Notes: generated from the letters alone by a model not told the origin. A stretch of DNA of 64,000 nt from Candidatus Sulfotelmatobacter sp. (GCA_030039165.1 JASHQM010000040.1:24522-88521), one strand, 5' to 3'. Positions 43,707 through 53,630 are shown, counted from the first letter of the stretch. Numbers and translations are program-made.

Positions 43707-45755
43707 ATGCAGATCAGCCCCCGACGCGTAAGTGGCGTTTCAAGCGTTTTCCTTGTCTTGTTGATGGCCCTCACCGCAACCCTTTCCTGGGGCGCCGAAA
43801 AGGCTCACCTGCGCGTGGACGATTATCAGATCGAGGCCGAATTAACTCCCCACCTCCATCAGATTTCCGCGACTGCCAAAGTCAAATTCACCGCGTTGCA
43901 GGATTTAAGCGTTGCCATCTTCGAACTCCATAACGACCTGCGCGTCACGCGCGTTACCGATGATAATGGCCAGCAACTCTCCGCGGAGCGCGTCACGCAG
44001 GATTCAACTGTCCGGGTTGCACTGCCCTCTGGTCTGTCCAAAGATTCCTCAATGACTCTCACGTTTGAGTACGAGGGACAGCTGGAAACAGCGGATGATA
44101 GCCCGGTACCCGGCCTTAAGCTGGCCTACGTAGGCGATGACACCAGCTATCTGTTATACGCCGGGCGTTGGTTTCCGGTGAGCGGCTATGGGCTGAATCG
44201 ATTCACGTCAACCATCAGCGTCACGGTGCCGGCGCATATGGTCGCGATCGGCAGCGGAAAAGCCACCGTCACTGATAATCCGCCATCCAATAAACCCAAT
44301 TCAAATGGCCTTCCTACAAAAACGTTCAAATTTGTTAGCGCCAAGCCGAGTTTTCCCGGCACGATCATCGCCGGCGTCTTCGAAGAGTACAAAAGCGACG
44401 AGGCCGGCCTCGACCTGCATACCTATTTCAAGCCCGACCATGACAAACTCGCTCCGCAATACACCACCACGGCGGTGCAGGAATTCACTTACTTCATCAC
44501 TCTTTACGGGCCCCCGCTTTCCCAGGAGCTCAGCCTTATCGAGCTCCCCGGAGACACAGTTCCTTACGCATGGGCGCCTGAAATGGCCGCTTTGGCCGGA
44601 CCTTCAATCACCGAAAAAACCAACTATCGCCTGCTGGCCAACGCAATCGCGCACCAATGGTGGGGAACTTCTATCAGCCCCGCCACAAAAGATGATTGGT
44701 GGCTGGTTGATGGTTTCTCGCGCTATTCGGAAGCCATGTATGTAGAAAACGCCGCCGGTTCCGCCGGTCTGGAAGAAGTGGTGAAAGACATGTCAGTGGG
44801 CGCGCTCGCGTACGACACGATCCCGCTTTCCAGCGCGAGCAAACTCGACCCCTTTTCTACCGAGTTTCAGTCGCTCGTCACCGACAAGGGCGCAATGATT
44901 CTGCACATGCTCCGTTGGGTTCTTGGAGAAGACAAATATCTAAAGACCATGCGTGAGTTTGCCGAAACCTACGCCGGAAAATCCGCCAGCATGGCGGATT
45001 TCCAGACCATTGCCGAGAAATATTACGGAGATCAGCTCACCTGGTTCTTTTCCCAGTGGCTCGATTCCACCGGCGCCCCGGAATTCAAACTCAAATACAC
45101 CGTCTACCGGTTAGGCACATCTCAAGGCGTTTCTCCGACTGCCAAAGAGAAACCACCCGGGTTTCGCGTGACCGGGGAAATTACCCAGGATCTCGATTTG
45201 TTCCGTATGCCTGTCGATCTGCGCGTCGATACCGACGGCAAGACTGAAGACAAGAAAATTGAAGTCGTGGGAACGCAATCCCCCTTCACGGTGGAAACCT
45301 TCGGGCGCCCGCGGCGGATCACCCTCGATCCCGATCATCACGTTCTCACCAACTCGGCCGACGTCAAGTTGCGCACTTCAATTCTGCGCGGGCAGGCGTT
45401 GCAGCAGCAGGGAGATCTCTCGGGCGCGCTCGCCGAATTCAACAAAGCTCTCGATCAGAACCATAACAGCTCTCTTGCCCACTACCGCATCGCCGAAATC
45501 TTTTTCTTGCAGCGCAACTATCAGGCTTCGGCTAACTCTTACCGTTCGTCGATCAACGGTGACGGTCAACCGCGCTGGACCGAGGTCTGGAGCCACCTTC
45601 AACTGGGGAAAATATTCGATATCACCGGCCAGCGCGAGCGCGCCATTAACGAATACCGGCAGGCCATCCAGACCAATGACGACACTTTTGGCGCGTTGGA
45701 GGAAGCGCGCAAGTACATGCAGAAAGCCTTCGAACGCCCGAAGAATCAGCAGTAG
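43707..45755 (+). CDS. M1 aminopeptidase-family homolog with degenerate zinc site, C-terminal TPR domain
   Basis: Signal peptide and M1-like fold. The HExxH position reads NAIAHQWWG (nt 44641-44655) and the WLNEGF position reads WLVDGFS. TPR-like C-terminus (LAEFNKALDQNHNSSLAHYRIAEIFF...). Confidence 0.8.
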   Translation: MQISPRRVSGVSSVFLVLLMALTATLSWGAEKAHLRVDDYQIEAELTPHLHQISATAKVKFTALQDLSVAIFELHNDLRVTRVTDDNGQQLSAERVTQDSTVRVALPSGLSKDSSMTLTFEYEGQLETADDSPVPGLKLAYVGDDTSYLLYAGRWFPVSGYGLNRFTSTISVTVPAHMVAIGSGKATVTDNPPSNKPNSNGLPTKTFKFVSAKPSFPGTIIAGVFEEYKSDEAGLDLHTYFKPDHDKLAPQYTTTAVQEFTYFITLYGPPLSQELSLIELPGDTVPYAWAPEMAALAGPSITEKTNYRLLANAIAHQWWGTSISPATKDDWWLVDGFSRYSEAMYVENAAGSAGLEEVVKDMSVGALAYDTIPLSSASKLDPFSTEFQSLVTDKGAMILHMLRWVLGEDKYLKTMREFAETYAGKSASMADFQTIAEKYYGDQLTWFFSQWLDSTGAPEFKLKYTVYRLGTSQGVSPTAKEKPPGFRVTGEITQDLDLFRMPVDLRVDTDGKTEDKKIEVVGTQSPFTVETFGRPRRITLDPDHHVLTNSADVKLRTSILRGQALQQQGDLSGALAEFNKALDQNHNSSLAHYRIAEIFFLQRNYQASANSYRSSINGDGQPRWTEVWSHLQLGKIFDITGQRERAINEYRQAIQTNDDTFGALEEARKYMQKAFERPKNQQ

Positions 45756-45767
45756 GAAGCCAGTAGT

Positions 45768-46580
45768 TCAGTTCGGTAGCTTCGGTCTCTTTGGCGGCTC
45801 GAACTCGAGAATCTCACAGGCTACAGTTTCTCGCAGGCTTCCCGCTTCCCGCGCTCTTGCCGGCCGATGCATCGCTTGCCCGCTCCCGAGCGCCGGCTGC
45901 GGCGTCATCCAACCATAAGCCTCGAAGAAGTCGAACTTCACTTTTCGCAGGCCATCATTGTGCAGTAATTCTCGCTCCAAACTTTCGCGCCGATATCTTA
46001 TGCCAGGCTCGCCAGCCATGTTTCCGTCCCCCATCCTCTGAATCCGCTGCACTGCCTGATGCACAATCTGCACGATTTCAGCCGCCTCTTTCGCTTCGCG
46101 TCCTTCGCGCAAGCATTGTGCTGCTTCATCAGCCGGGAACCAGGTACGCTTTCGATACGACTCTCGAACCGCACTCAAGCGCACGACTTCGCAGAGATGT
46201 GCATTTACCGCCCCTTTGCCATGCCGTTGTTTCTTACCACACTTGTCCGGTGGGGGAACGCGGAAATAGCGGGCGAATGCAGCCTCCTCGATCCGGCCAT
46301 GCACTCCTGCTTCTTCGAAGGCTTCGAGTGCGGCTGCCTGTGCATGAGTCAGGCCGGGTTCGGCGCTGCCTTTAGGAAATGTCCACTTGCCGCCACCGCT
46401 GGTACGAATAAGCAGGAATTCAATTTCGTGGTTCCTGATGCGGAAACAGACCGCCGCAACCTGCCCGCATTTACTCAATCTACGCAGGTTCGCTAACGGG
46501 ACAAATCGAGGCGAGGCTTCGCCGGTTTTTGGCGCCGATTCGGCATGGGGTTTTCTTACGTCTTTTGCCGCTCCGCTCAT
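45768..46580 (-). CDS. NUDIX-domain protein with ~110-aa C-terminal extension
   Basis: GKWTFPKGSAEPGLTHAQAAALEAFEEAGVHG is a Nudix box with Ala in place of the Arg of REU. Confidence 0.75.
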   Translation of the reverse strand: MSGAAKDVRKPHAESAPKTGEASPRFVPLANLRRLSKCGQVAAVCFRIRNHEIEFLLIRTSGGGKWTFPKGSAEPGLTHAQAAALEAFEEAGVHGRIEEAAFARYFRVPPPDKCGKKQRHGKGAVNAHLCEVVRLSAVRESYRKRTWFPADEAAQCLREGREAKEAAEIVQIVHQAVQRIQRMGDGNMAGEPGIRYRRESLERELLHNDGLRKVKFDFFEAYGWMTPQPALGSGQAMHRPARAREAGSLRETVACEILEFEPPKRPKLPN

Positions 46581-46767
46581 CGCACCAGAATGCGGTGTTT
46601 CGAGGACAGTGGCTAGAACATACTTTGGTTCCGGATTTTAATGGAGGTTCGGCTATATTCGGACCACTCTGCCCGGAATCCGCTTACATACTTGCCACTT
46701 GAAGATGGTCAGGACAAGATTTCTATTTTGCGGGCAACCGCGAAAGATCAAAGCACTCTCGGAAGCT

Positions 46768-47106
46768 ATGCATTGCCTCCGCTGCCATCGCGAGATCGAA
46801 CCGGGCCACAAATCGGTTGCGCTTTACATGTTCGCCCAGACAGTCGGCATCCGTCCCCGGCAAAAATCGACGGCCCAGCGTATTAGCTTTTGCCCGCAGT
46901 GTTCAGTTTCCCTGGCCATGGGACCTCCACCGGAAGGCGCGCTCAACATGGCCGCTTGGGATATGATGCGGGAACTGGTCGGCTCCGATCCCGCCTTGAA
47001 CCACGCTGCCTGGGAAGCTCTGAGTGGAATCAACGGCTTGCTGCCCGCTACCGGCACCGAAGGCGAGCGCGTCCCGCCCCAGGCAAACGGCTATTTCGAA
47101 TTTTGA
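46768..47106 (+). CDS. small hypothetical protein with two CxxC pairs (zinc-ribbon-like)
   Basis: MHCLRCH...FCPQCS. ATG 46768 lies inside ORF 46699..47106. No family recognised. Confidence 0.45.
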   Translation: MHCLRCHREIEPGHKSVALYMFAQTVGIRPRQKSTAQRISFCPQCSVSLAMGPPPEGALNMAAWDMMRELVGSDPALNHAAWEALSGINGLLPATGTEGERVPPQANGYFEF

Positions 47107-47136
47107 CCCGAACAGGCCAGCATTCCGAACTCACCT

Positions 47137-47550
47137 CTAAGGTGCGCTAAGTACCCAGTGCCAGGCTTCCTCGACGGAGTCGAAAATCGAGAAATGACGC
47201 TGCGTGCGCAGAATCTTGTGCATGCGCGCCGCGTGGCGCTGCACCTCATTCTTCACCACAAAAGCTCGCCTCGCCTCCTCGGAGAAGGGATCGATTTCAT
47301 CTGCAAGGCGGATAAACTCCTCGGCCTTCAGATCAAGTTCCTCGACCTCGCTCATGTCGACAATTTCCGAGAAGTTTGGACGAAAAAGCGGGTCCCTCCG
47401 CAGCGAAGTGGCATACCGCGCAATATCCTGGACAGTGACCTTATTGTGGAACTTTACCCACACAAACTTTTTCTGCGTGTTCAGAACATAATCAGGGATT
47501 GCACCCTTTTTCTGGCTCTCCTGGGCTTCAGGCACGGTGATAAAAGTCAC
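47137..47550 (-). CDS. hypothetical protein (possibly STAS/SpoIIAA-like fold)
   Basis: 137-aa ORF with coding-like composition. The fold guess comes only from length and the pattern FVWVKFHNKVTVQDI...VDMSEVEELDL. Confidence 0.5.
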   Translation of the reverse strand: MTFITVPEAQESQKKGAIPDYVLNTQKKFVWVKFHNKVTVQDIARYATSLRRDPLFRPNFSEIVDMSEVEELDLKAEEFIRLADEIDPFSEEARRAFVVKNEVQRHAARMHKILRTQRHFSIFDSVEEAWHWVLSAP

Positions 47551-47875
47551 ATTACTCCCGGCAAAGACTGTCGGGGAACGCAGTCAGCACACTAAAGATC
47601 CCCGCACAAGTGTTAATCGGCGGCTCGACTTGAGATCTTTAACGACCAATAGTCTGGCGGTCACACGTATAAAAGACGACAGTCACGTTTTTCGCTCTAC
47701 TCTGCGACTTGCACACCATACTCGCCCAACACCTTCTGCACGATCGGCTAACGTTCTTGTCTTACGGTTGTCTAAATAACCAACAACAGCAAGGGAACTT
47801 CGCATTACCTGGCTGCGTATTACTGATCAGATCGTCGGGCGGGATTGAGACCCCTCGCCTGAGCGTACCCGGGCC

Positions 47876-47905
47876 CCCCCACGCTTCTTCCTGGAGGCGT
47901 GGGGG
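47876..47905 (+). promoter_or_regulatory. GC-rich hairpin overlapping the Shine-Dalgarno of the first FtsX permease gene
   Basis: CCCCCACGC (47876-47884), 12-nt loop, GCGTGGGGG (47897-47905): a perfect 9-bp stem. GGAGG (47893-47897) spans the loop/stem junction. ATG at 47912. Confidence 0.3.
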
Positions 47906-47911
47906 CATAAC

Positions 47912-49159
47912 ATGCGAATATTTCTCGACATCATTCGGCAGTCCCTGTCTACCCTCTGGGCGCACAAACTGCGCTCATTCCTCACCATGTTTGGGATCGC
48001 CTGGGGAGTGGGTTCGCTATTGCTGTTGGTTGGTCTGGGCGAAGGATTTCGCAGCGGCCAGGAAAAAGAACTGGCTACCCTGGGACAGAACATCATGTTT
48101 ATGTTTCCCGGCCGCATTCCCGCGGTCGAAGGCAGTACCCAATCCGGCCGCACATATTACTTTACCTACGCAGACTACGTTGCTGTCCGCCAGCAGGCTA
48201 AGTTCGTGGGCCCTCTATCCCCTGTTTTGAACCGGGAAGATATCCGTGCTGTCAGTGATTACGGATCGACCAACGGCCAGGTATTCGGCGTCGCGCCGGA
48301 TTATAACCAGATTCGCAATGTGCCCGTCGCGCCGGGGCGATGGTTCAACGAAGAAGATAATGTCGAATGCCGCCGCGTCGCCATTGTAGGTTGGGAACTG
48401 CTAAAAAACATGTTTCCCGGACGGCCGGCAGTTGGCTCGACGATTCTTCTAAACGGAATTCGTTTTGATGTAATTGGAGTCGTCGCCAAGGTCGGCCGCG
48501 ACGGCAGTAACGGAACTAATGCGCGGATCTTTATTCCGATCGGCACCATGCGTAATCTGTTCCGCCTGACCAAGGCAAACTCCGAAGACGCGATCTCGTT
48601 TCTCAACTACGCGCCCATCCGCAAAGATCTCCACGCCGAAGCCAAAACCGAGATTCATCAGATCATCGCCGAGCGGCACGGTTTCGACCCCAAGCTGGAA
48701 GACGCGTTTGAAGACTGGGACACCATCGAGAATATGCAGCGTGTGGGCAAGATCTTCGACGCGATGGATTGGTTCCTGGGCGTGGTCGGCGTAGTTACTC
48801 TCGCCCTTGGCGCCATCGGCATTGTCAATATCATGCTGGTTTCCGTGAGCGAGCGCACGAAAGAAATCGGCCTGCGCAAGGCGCTGGGCGCGACTCACAA
48901 AAATATTCTTACTCAGTTTTTTGTGGAAGGAGCCTTCCTGACTGCTTTTAGCGGAGGAATCGGGCTGGCATTGGCGACTGGTTTCGTGGCTCTGCTGGCC
49001 ATGCTGCCTTCACCGGAAGGCTTCGACACCCCGCGCATTATTCCGGCTTCGGCGCTGGCGGCAATTGGATCGCTGGCAATCGCGGGAATATCGGCCGGCT
49101 TGTACCCTGCGCGCAAAGCAGCGCTGATGGAGCCGGTGGAAGCCTTGCGGCAAGAGTAG
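47912..49159 (+). CDS. ABC transporter permease, MacB/LolC-like (MacB_PCD + FtsX)
   Basis: LRSFLTMFGIAWGVGSLLL, a large periplasmic domain, and C-terminal RTKEIGLRKALGA plus three TM helices. Confidence 0.9.
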   Translation: MRIFLDIIRQSLSTLWAHKLRSFLTMFGIAWGVGSLLLLVGLGEGFRSGQEKELATLGQNIMFMFPGRIPAVEGSTQSGRTYYFTYADYVAVRQQAKFVGPLSPVLNREDIRAVSDYGSTNGQVFGVAPDYNQIRNVPVAPGRWFNEEDNVECRRVAIVGWELLKNMFPGRPAVGSTILLNGIRFDVIGVVAKVGRDGSNGTNARIFIPIGTMRNLFRLTKANSEDAISFLNYAPIRKDLHAEAKTEIHQIIAERHGFDPKLEDAFEDWDTIENMQRVGKIFDAMDWFLGVVGVVTLALGAIGIVNIMLVSVSERTKEIGLRKALGATHKNILTQFFVEGAFLTAFSGGIGLALATGFVALLAMLPSPEGFDTPRIIPASALAAIGSLAIAGISAGLYPARKAALMEPVEALRQE

Positions 49160-49217
49160 AGAGTCAGAGGCCAGCGATCAGGGATCAGTGGAACCGAAAG
49201 GGCTAAAGATAAAGATT

Positions 49218-50456
49218 ATGTTCGCCGATCTCGGCAGACAAGCGCTTAGCGCCTTGAAGCACAACCGGCGCCGAAGTGTGCTCACCATGCTCGGCATGGC
49301 CTGGGGTATTGCGACCGTTGTCTTGCTGCTGGCATACGGATCTGGTTTTGAACGCGGTCTTTGGGTTGCTTTCCGCTCATTTGGCACCAACCTGGTTTTT
49401 ATTTTTCCCGGCCGCACCGAGTTGCAGGCCGGAGGCACCAAAGCGGGTTCGGAAATCAAACTTACAGTCGACGATCTCGATTACATCCGCGACGAAGTTC
49501 CGCTGCTCAAACACGTTTCTCCCGAGGTCGCCAAGCAGACGCTCGTAGCCTATGGTACGCGCAGCGCGACTTACGGCGTAAGCGGCGTTTACGCCTCTTA
49601 CGGCCGCATGAGACGGCTGGACACCGAAGAGGGCAGCTTTTTCAGCGAGGCGGACGATTTCACTCACTCTCGCGTAGCCGTAATCGGCTCCGACGCGAGA
49701 AAGAAACTGTTTTCCGGCCAACCCGCGCTTGGTGAGAGCATTCGCCTCGATGGAATTTCCTACCAGGTGATCGGCGTGCTTCGTCATCAAGTGCAAAACG
49801 GCGACGAGAACATCAACGAGCACGTCTACGTCCCGTTCAGTGCAATGAGCGATCTCGCCAAAACCTATTATCTCAATTCGATCGTGATGGAATACGAAGG
49901 CGACCACGCCAAGGTGGTGACCGCGGTTCGCAATTCTATGGCTTTTCACCACAACTTCGATCCCAAGGATCAACGCGCGATTTTCGTCTTCGACGTTTTC
50001 GCTGATCTGCTCGATCTGCAAGTGATCAGCACTGGAATTAAGATTCTCCTCGGCTTCATTGGATTGCTGACGCTGGGTATCGGCGGCGTCGGCCTGATGA
50101 ACATCATGCTGGTTTCCGTTACCCAGCGCACTCGCGAGATTGGCGTAGAAAAGGCCCTGGGCGCACACCGCTGGCACATCTTGCTTCAGTTTCTGATGGA
50201 AGCGCTCGTGATCACCGCACTTGGCGGACTGCTCGGAGTGGCGCTGGCCTATCTGGTGTCGTGGAGTGTGGGTTCGCTGACTCTGTGGAGCGCCTTTGAG
50301 GAAAACGCCAGCGAAGGAGACATCCACCTCTATATCAATGCCGCGACCCTGCTGTGGTCGACCCTCATCCTGGGTTTCGTCGGCATCGTCAGTGGCATGC
50401 TTCCCGCGATCAAAGCGGCATGGCTGAATCCGATAGAGGCGCTCAGGTACGAGTAG
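49218..50456 (+). CDS. ABC transporter permease, MacB/LolC-like (second copy)
   Basis: RRSVLTMLGMAWGIATVVLL and RTREIGVEKALGA. ATG 49218 (the ORF opens with GTG 49188). Confidence 0.9.
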   Translation: MFADLGRQALSALKHNRRRSVLTMLGMAWGIATVVLLLAYGSGFERGLWVAFRSFGTNLVFIFPGRTELQAGGTKAGSEIKLTVDDLDYIRDEVPLLKHVSPEVAKQTLVAYGTRSATYGVSGVYASYGRMRRLDTEEGSFFSEADDFTHSRVAVIGSDARKKLFSGQPALGESIRLDGISYQVIGVLRHQVQNGDENINEHVYVPFSAMSDLAKTYYLNSIVMEYEGDHAKVVTAVRNSMAFHHNFDPKDQRAIFVFDVFADLLDLQVISTGIKILLGFIGLLTLGIGGVGLMNIMLVSVTQRTREIGVEKALGAHRWHILLQFLMEALVITALGGLLGVALAYLVSWSVGSLTLWSAFEENASEGDIHLYINAATLLWSTLILGFVGIVSGMLPAIKAAWLNPIEALRYE

Positions 50457-50535
50457 CGCCTGCGTCTCGCCAGCTGCAGGGACGTGCTCTTCATAGGAGC
50501 CTGCGAGCGGCTCACATTCGATTTACAATTTTACC

Positions 50536-50835
50536 GTGCCTGCCACCAGCACCCCGCTCGATCGCGTCCTCGCCCAGCTTGCGCTCTATGAGCATCCGCT
50601 GCTGAGTTTTTCTGCGCGAGCGAAGGGAGACGGTGTAGAGGTCATCATTCAGTTCAAAGACATATCCGTTCCCGTGCACACATATTATTTCGATCTCCAT
50701 CCGCGCGATCTCGATCATGCGCAGTTTGAATGGACTTTTCAGCGCCAACTCTACGACGCTTTACACGATTATTTCGTGGAGATGTTCATTCGTACTCCGC
50801 AGGATCTTGCTGAACGCCGCCGGAAGGAATCGTGA
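50536..50835 (+). CDS. hypothetical small protein
   Basis: 99-aa ORF with a GTG start. Its stop overlaps the MidA start (GTGA at 50832-50835), which suggests coupling. No family recognised. Confidence 0.5.
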   Translation: MPATSTPLDRVLAQLALYEHPLLSFSARAKGDGVEVIIQFKDISVPVHTYYFDLHPRDLDHAQFEWTFQRQLYDALHDYFVEMFIRTPQDLAERRRKES

Positions 50836-52037
50836 ACCATCTCCGTTCAAGAATTGAGAACGAAATCCGCGAGCACGGCCCGATTCCCTTCTCGAGGTAT
50901 ATGGAGCTGTGCCTTTACCACCCAGAATTTGGTTACTATTCGCGAAATGCCGAGCAATTCGGCAAGGCCGGCGACTTCTATACTTCGAGCGATGTGCATG
51001 CAGTCTTCGGAAGGCTCATGGCTCGCCAGTTCGAAGAGATGTGGCGTGCCCTCGGCTCCCCGCAGCGGATCGATCTGATTGAACTCGGCCCCGGCCGCGG
51101 GTTGTTCGCGCAGGACGTATTGACCTGGGCCGAGAACAAGTTTCCCGGTTTTTTCGCCGCCCTGCGTTATGTCTTGGTCGAAAACTCCACAGCTCTGCGC
51201 ACGCGAATCGAGGCCACGTTGAGACGCTATTTCAACTCCGGAAAAGCGGCCTTCTGTGCACTCGCCGATCCCCATAGCGAACGCCTTTGGGCGGCACAGC
51301 GCTTCTGCGCCGCGGGTGATTCGTCTTCAGGCTCAGGGGCATTCGCCCCTGAGGTGGCCACTGACACCATCTTTTTTGCCAACGAATTTTTCGATGCACT
51401 TCCCGTCGAAATCCTCAGCGCGCAGGGTTCCCTGCGCATCGACGCGCGCAATGGCCAATTCATCGAAACCTGGGCTCGGCCATCAAAACAGGAATCAGAA
51501 TTCCTCGACCAATACTCAGTTCACCCAGAGAGCGGAGAGCGGTTCGAAGTTCCTCTCGCCGCTCAAAATTACATGAAGTGCGTTGCCGCCCGCATTGAAC
51601 ACGGATTTTTCATTTCCATCGATTACGGCTACATCCGCGAAGAACAACTTGCGGGGCGCCATCGCGGCACGCTGAAGGCGATCCGTCGGCACTCCCTCTG
51701 CGGCAATCCCTACGAAGCTCCGGGCGAGCAGGACATCACTGCCGACGTAAACTTCACCGCACTCGCGGCAGCTGCGCAAAGCCAGGGCATGTTACCGCAC
51801 AAATTGGTCACGCAATCGCAATTTCTATTAGGGATTGGCGAGGGCAATCAATTCGCCGACGCTTTCGAAGATTGCCGGTTGCCGCCGGAGCGCGCCAAAG
51901 TGGCGCTGCAACTCAAGCATCTGGTCACGCCAGCAGGCATGGGAGAGAGCTTTCATGTGCTGGTGGCGAGCAAAAGAGTCTCACAGAAGTCGGCGACCTT
52001 ATCGGGTTTAAACTTCGGCAGGATGCAGCTAAGGTAG
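50832..52037 (+). CDS. MidA/NDUFAF7-family SAM-dependent methyltransferase (DUF185)
   Basis: IPFSRYMELCLYHPEFGYYS...FGKAGDFYTSSDVHAVFGRLMARQ...ELGPGRGLFAQDVL is typical of the family. Confidence 0.85.
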   Translation: MNHLRSRIENEIREHGPIPFSRYMELCLYHPEFGYYSRNAEQFGKAGDFYTSSDVHAVFGRLMARQFEEMWRALGSPQRIDLIELGPGRGLFAQDVLTWAENKFPGFFAALRYVLVENSTALRTRIEATLRRYFNSGKAAFCALADPHSERLWAAQRFCAAGDSSSGSGAFAPEVATDTIFFANEFFDALPVEILSAQGSLRIDARNGQFIETWARPSKQESEFLDQYSVHPESGERFEVPLAAQNYMKCVAARIEHGFFISIDYGYIREEQLAGRHRGTLKAIRRHSLCGNPYEAPGEQDITADVNFTALAAAAQSQGMLPHKLVTQSQFLLGIGEGNQFADAFEDCRLPPERAKVALQLKHLVTPAGMGESFHVLVASKRVSQKSATLSGLNFGRMQLR

Positions 52038-52047
52038 GGAGCGCGGG

Positions 52048-52929
52048 TCAACTCTTGTGGAGAGCTTCTTTCGCCTCCTCATACTCATACACGCCCCGAC
52101 CCGATTTCCTTCCCAACCTTCCCGCCTTCACGTACTGCACCAGCAGTGGCGCGGGACGGTATTTTTCGCCCAGAGATTTATGCAGGTATTCGAGAATACT
52201 CAGCCGCGTATCGAGCCCCACCAGGTCCACCAATTCGAACGGCCCCATGGGGTGATTGAGTCCGAGCTTGAGCGCCTTGTCAATATCGGCCGCCGACGCG
52301 ATTCCTTCCTGCAACATGTAGAACGCCTCGTTGCCGATCATGGCATTAATGCGGCTGGTGATGAAACCGGGGGACTCTCTGATCACCACAACTTCTTTCC
52401 CCATCCGCTTGCCTACTTCAACCGCGGTTGCCAGAGTCTCGTCGTCCGTCTCCAACGCCCGCACCACCTCCAGCAGCTTCATCTTATGCACGGGATTGAA
52501 GAAATGCATGCCAATGCACTTTTTCGCGCGATAGGTCACGCTGGCAATTTCCGTAATGCTAAGCGACGAAGTGTTCGAAGCGAGAATCGTCGTGGGCCGG
52601 CAGATCTTGTCGAGCAGCGTGAAGATCTCGATTTTCGACTCCATCTCCTCGGGAACGGCTTCAATTACCAGATCGGCTTCGCGCGCCGCTTCATCGACCG
52701 CGCCGGCATATTGCAGCCGCCGGAATGCTGCATCGGCATCGCCGGCCTCGACCTTTCCCAATTCAACAGCTTTATCGAGATTCGCGCGGATTTCGCTTTC
52801 CGCTTTGCGCAGTGCCGTGGGCAACAGATCCTCGAGAATAGTGCGGTAGCCGCCAAGTGCCGCCGCATGGGCAATGCCGCGGCCCATGATGCCGGCTCCG
52901 ATCACAGCCACTGTATTCACTTCCGGCAT
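52048..52929 (-). CDS. hbd: 3-hydroxybutyryl-CoA / 3-hydroxyacyl-CoA dehydrogenase
   Basis: VAVIGAGIMGRGIAHAAALGGY Rossmann motif, NTSSLSITEIA, HFFNPV, and PGFITSRI motifs. Confidence 0.9.
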   Translation of the reverse strand: MPEVNTVAVIGAGIMGRGIAHAAALGGYRTILEDLLPTALRKAESEIRANLDKAVELGKVEAGDADAAFRRLQYAGAVDEAAREADLVIEAVPEEMESKIEIFTLLDKICRPTTILASNTSSLSITEIASVTYRAKKCIGMHFFNPVHKMKLLEVVRALETDDETLATAVEVGKRMGKEVVVIRESPGFITSRINAMIGNEAFYMLQEGIASAADIDKALKLGLNHPMGPFELVDLVGLDTRLSILEYLHKSLGEKYRPAPLLVQYVKAGRLGRKSGRGVYEYEEAKEALHKS

Positions 52930-53118
52930 TTATTGCTCCGCCTTTTCGAGATCGGAAAGCATAGCATTCAAAGTATTACCTGCTGCTCGCAACGACTCGG
53001 CCAGTCGCCTCCTCTCGTCGGCACTCATGCTCGGAATATAAAGACAGATGCGTCGCAGTGTCGCCGTAATATCCTCCACATAATTCATCGCCCGGATGAG
53101 TTCCCCAGTTGCTGGCAT
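52930..53118 (-). CDS. small hypothetical protein abutting hbd
   Basis: 62-aa ORF. Its TAA (52930-52932) directly abuts the hbd ATG (52927-52929). Helical-looking sequence; no family recognised. Confidence 0.4.
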   Translation of the reverse strand: MPATGELIRAMNYVEDITATLRRICLYIPSMSADERRRLAESLRAAGNTLNAMLSDLEKAEQ

Positions 53119-53318
53119 AATGGCTCCTGTACGATCAGCGTTCGGCTGAGTGCCAAGATTTTCCGCCGCGCCAAGGCGTGAACACGCTCTTGCGAGGCAG
53201 ACCTTTTATTTTGGACGTGCCAGGGAATTTAGTAAAGGAGACCAAGACTTCCCGAAAAGCCTGCCTTCGTAGTAGTGTTCCAAGAACTGTAGAACTCGAC
53301 TCATAACCCGGAGCGACA

Positions 53319-53513
53319 ATGCGACTCTTATGCATCCTGAGCGGTCTCGCGGTTCTGCTCACCACCGCCGCGTTCGCGCATTTGCTGCATCATTACTATA
53401 TGCATGCGGGAGACGTGCACAACCCACTGTTCATGACTGGAATGGCCGTCGGCATCGTCATTGGAGTTTTTTCCTTGCTTGGAGCCTTTCTCCTCCTTAG
53501 GCTCGGCCGCTGA
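53319..53513 (+). CDS. small two-helix membrane protein (hypothetical)
   Basis: 64 aa with two hydrophobic stretches separated by the His-rich HLLHHYYMHAGDVHN. Confidence 0.35.
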   Translation: MRLLCILSGLAVLLTTAAFAHLLHHYYMHAGDVHNPLFMTGMAVGIVIGVFSLLGAFLLLRLGR

Positions 53514-53630
53514 TTGCGAATTACACAAGCCAGTCTGACTGACGTCGATCGACGGCTACGTTGTCAGCTTTGTAACCGAGTCGTAACATTGATTGAACCG
53601 GGCTCCAAATATTCGTGATCCATTCTTTTT

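Noticed and set aside
49377-50327. 316-aa minus-strand ORF
   Set aside because: It is antisense to the second FtsX permease gene.
52057-53181. 374-aa plus-strand ORF
   Set aside because: It is antisense to hbd and has no motifs. The hbd frame is unambiguous.
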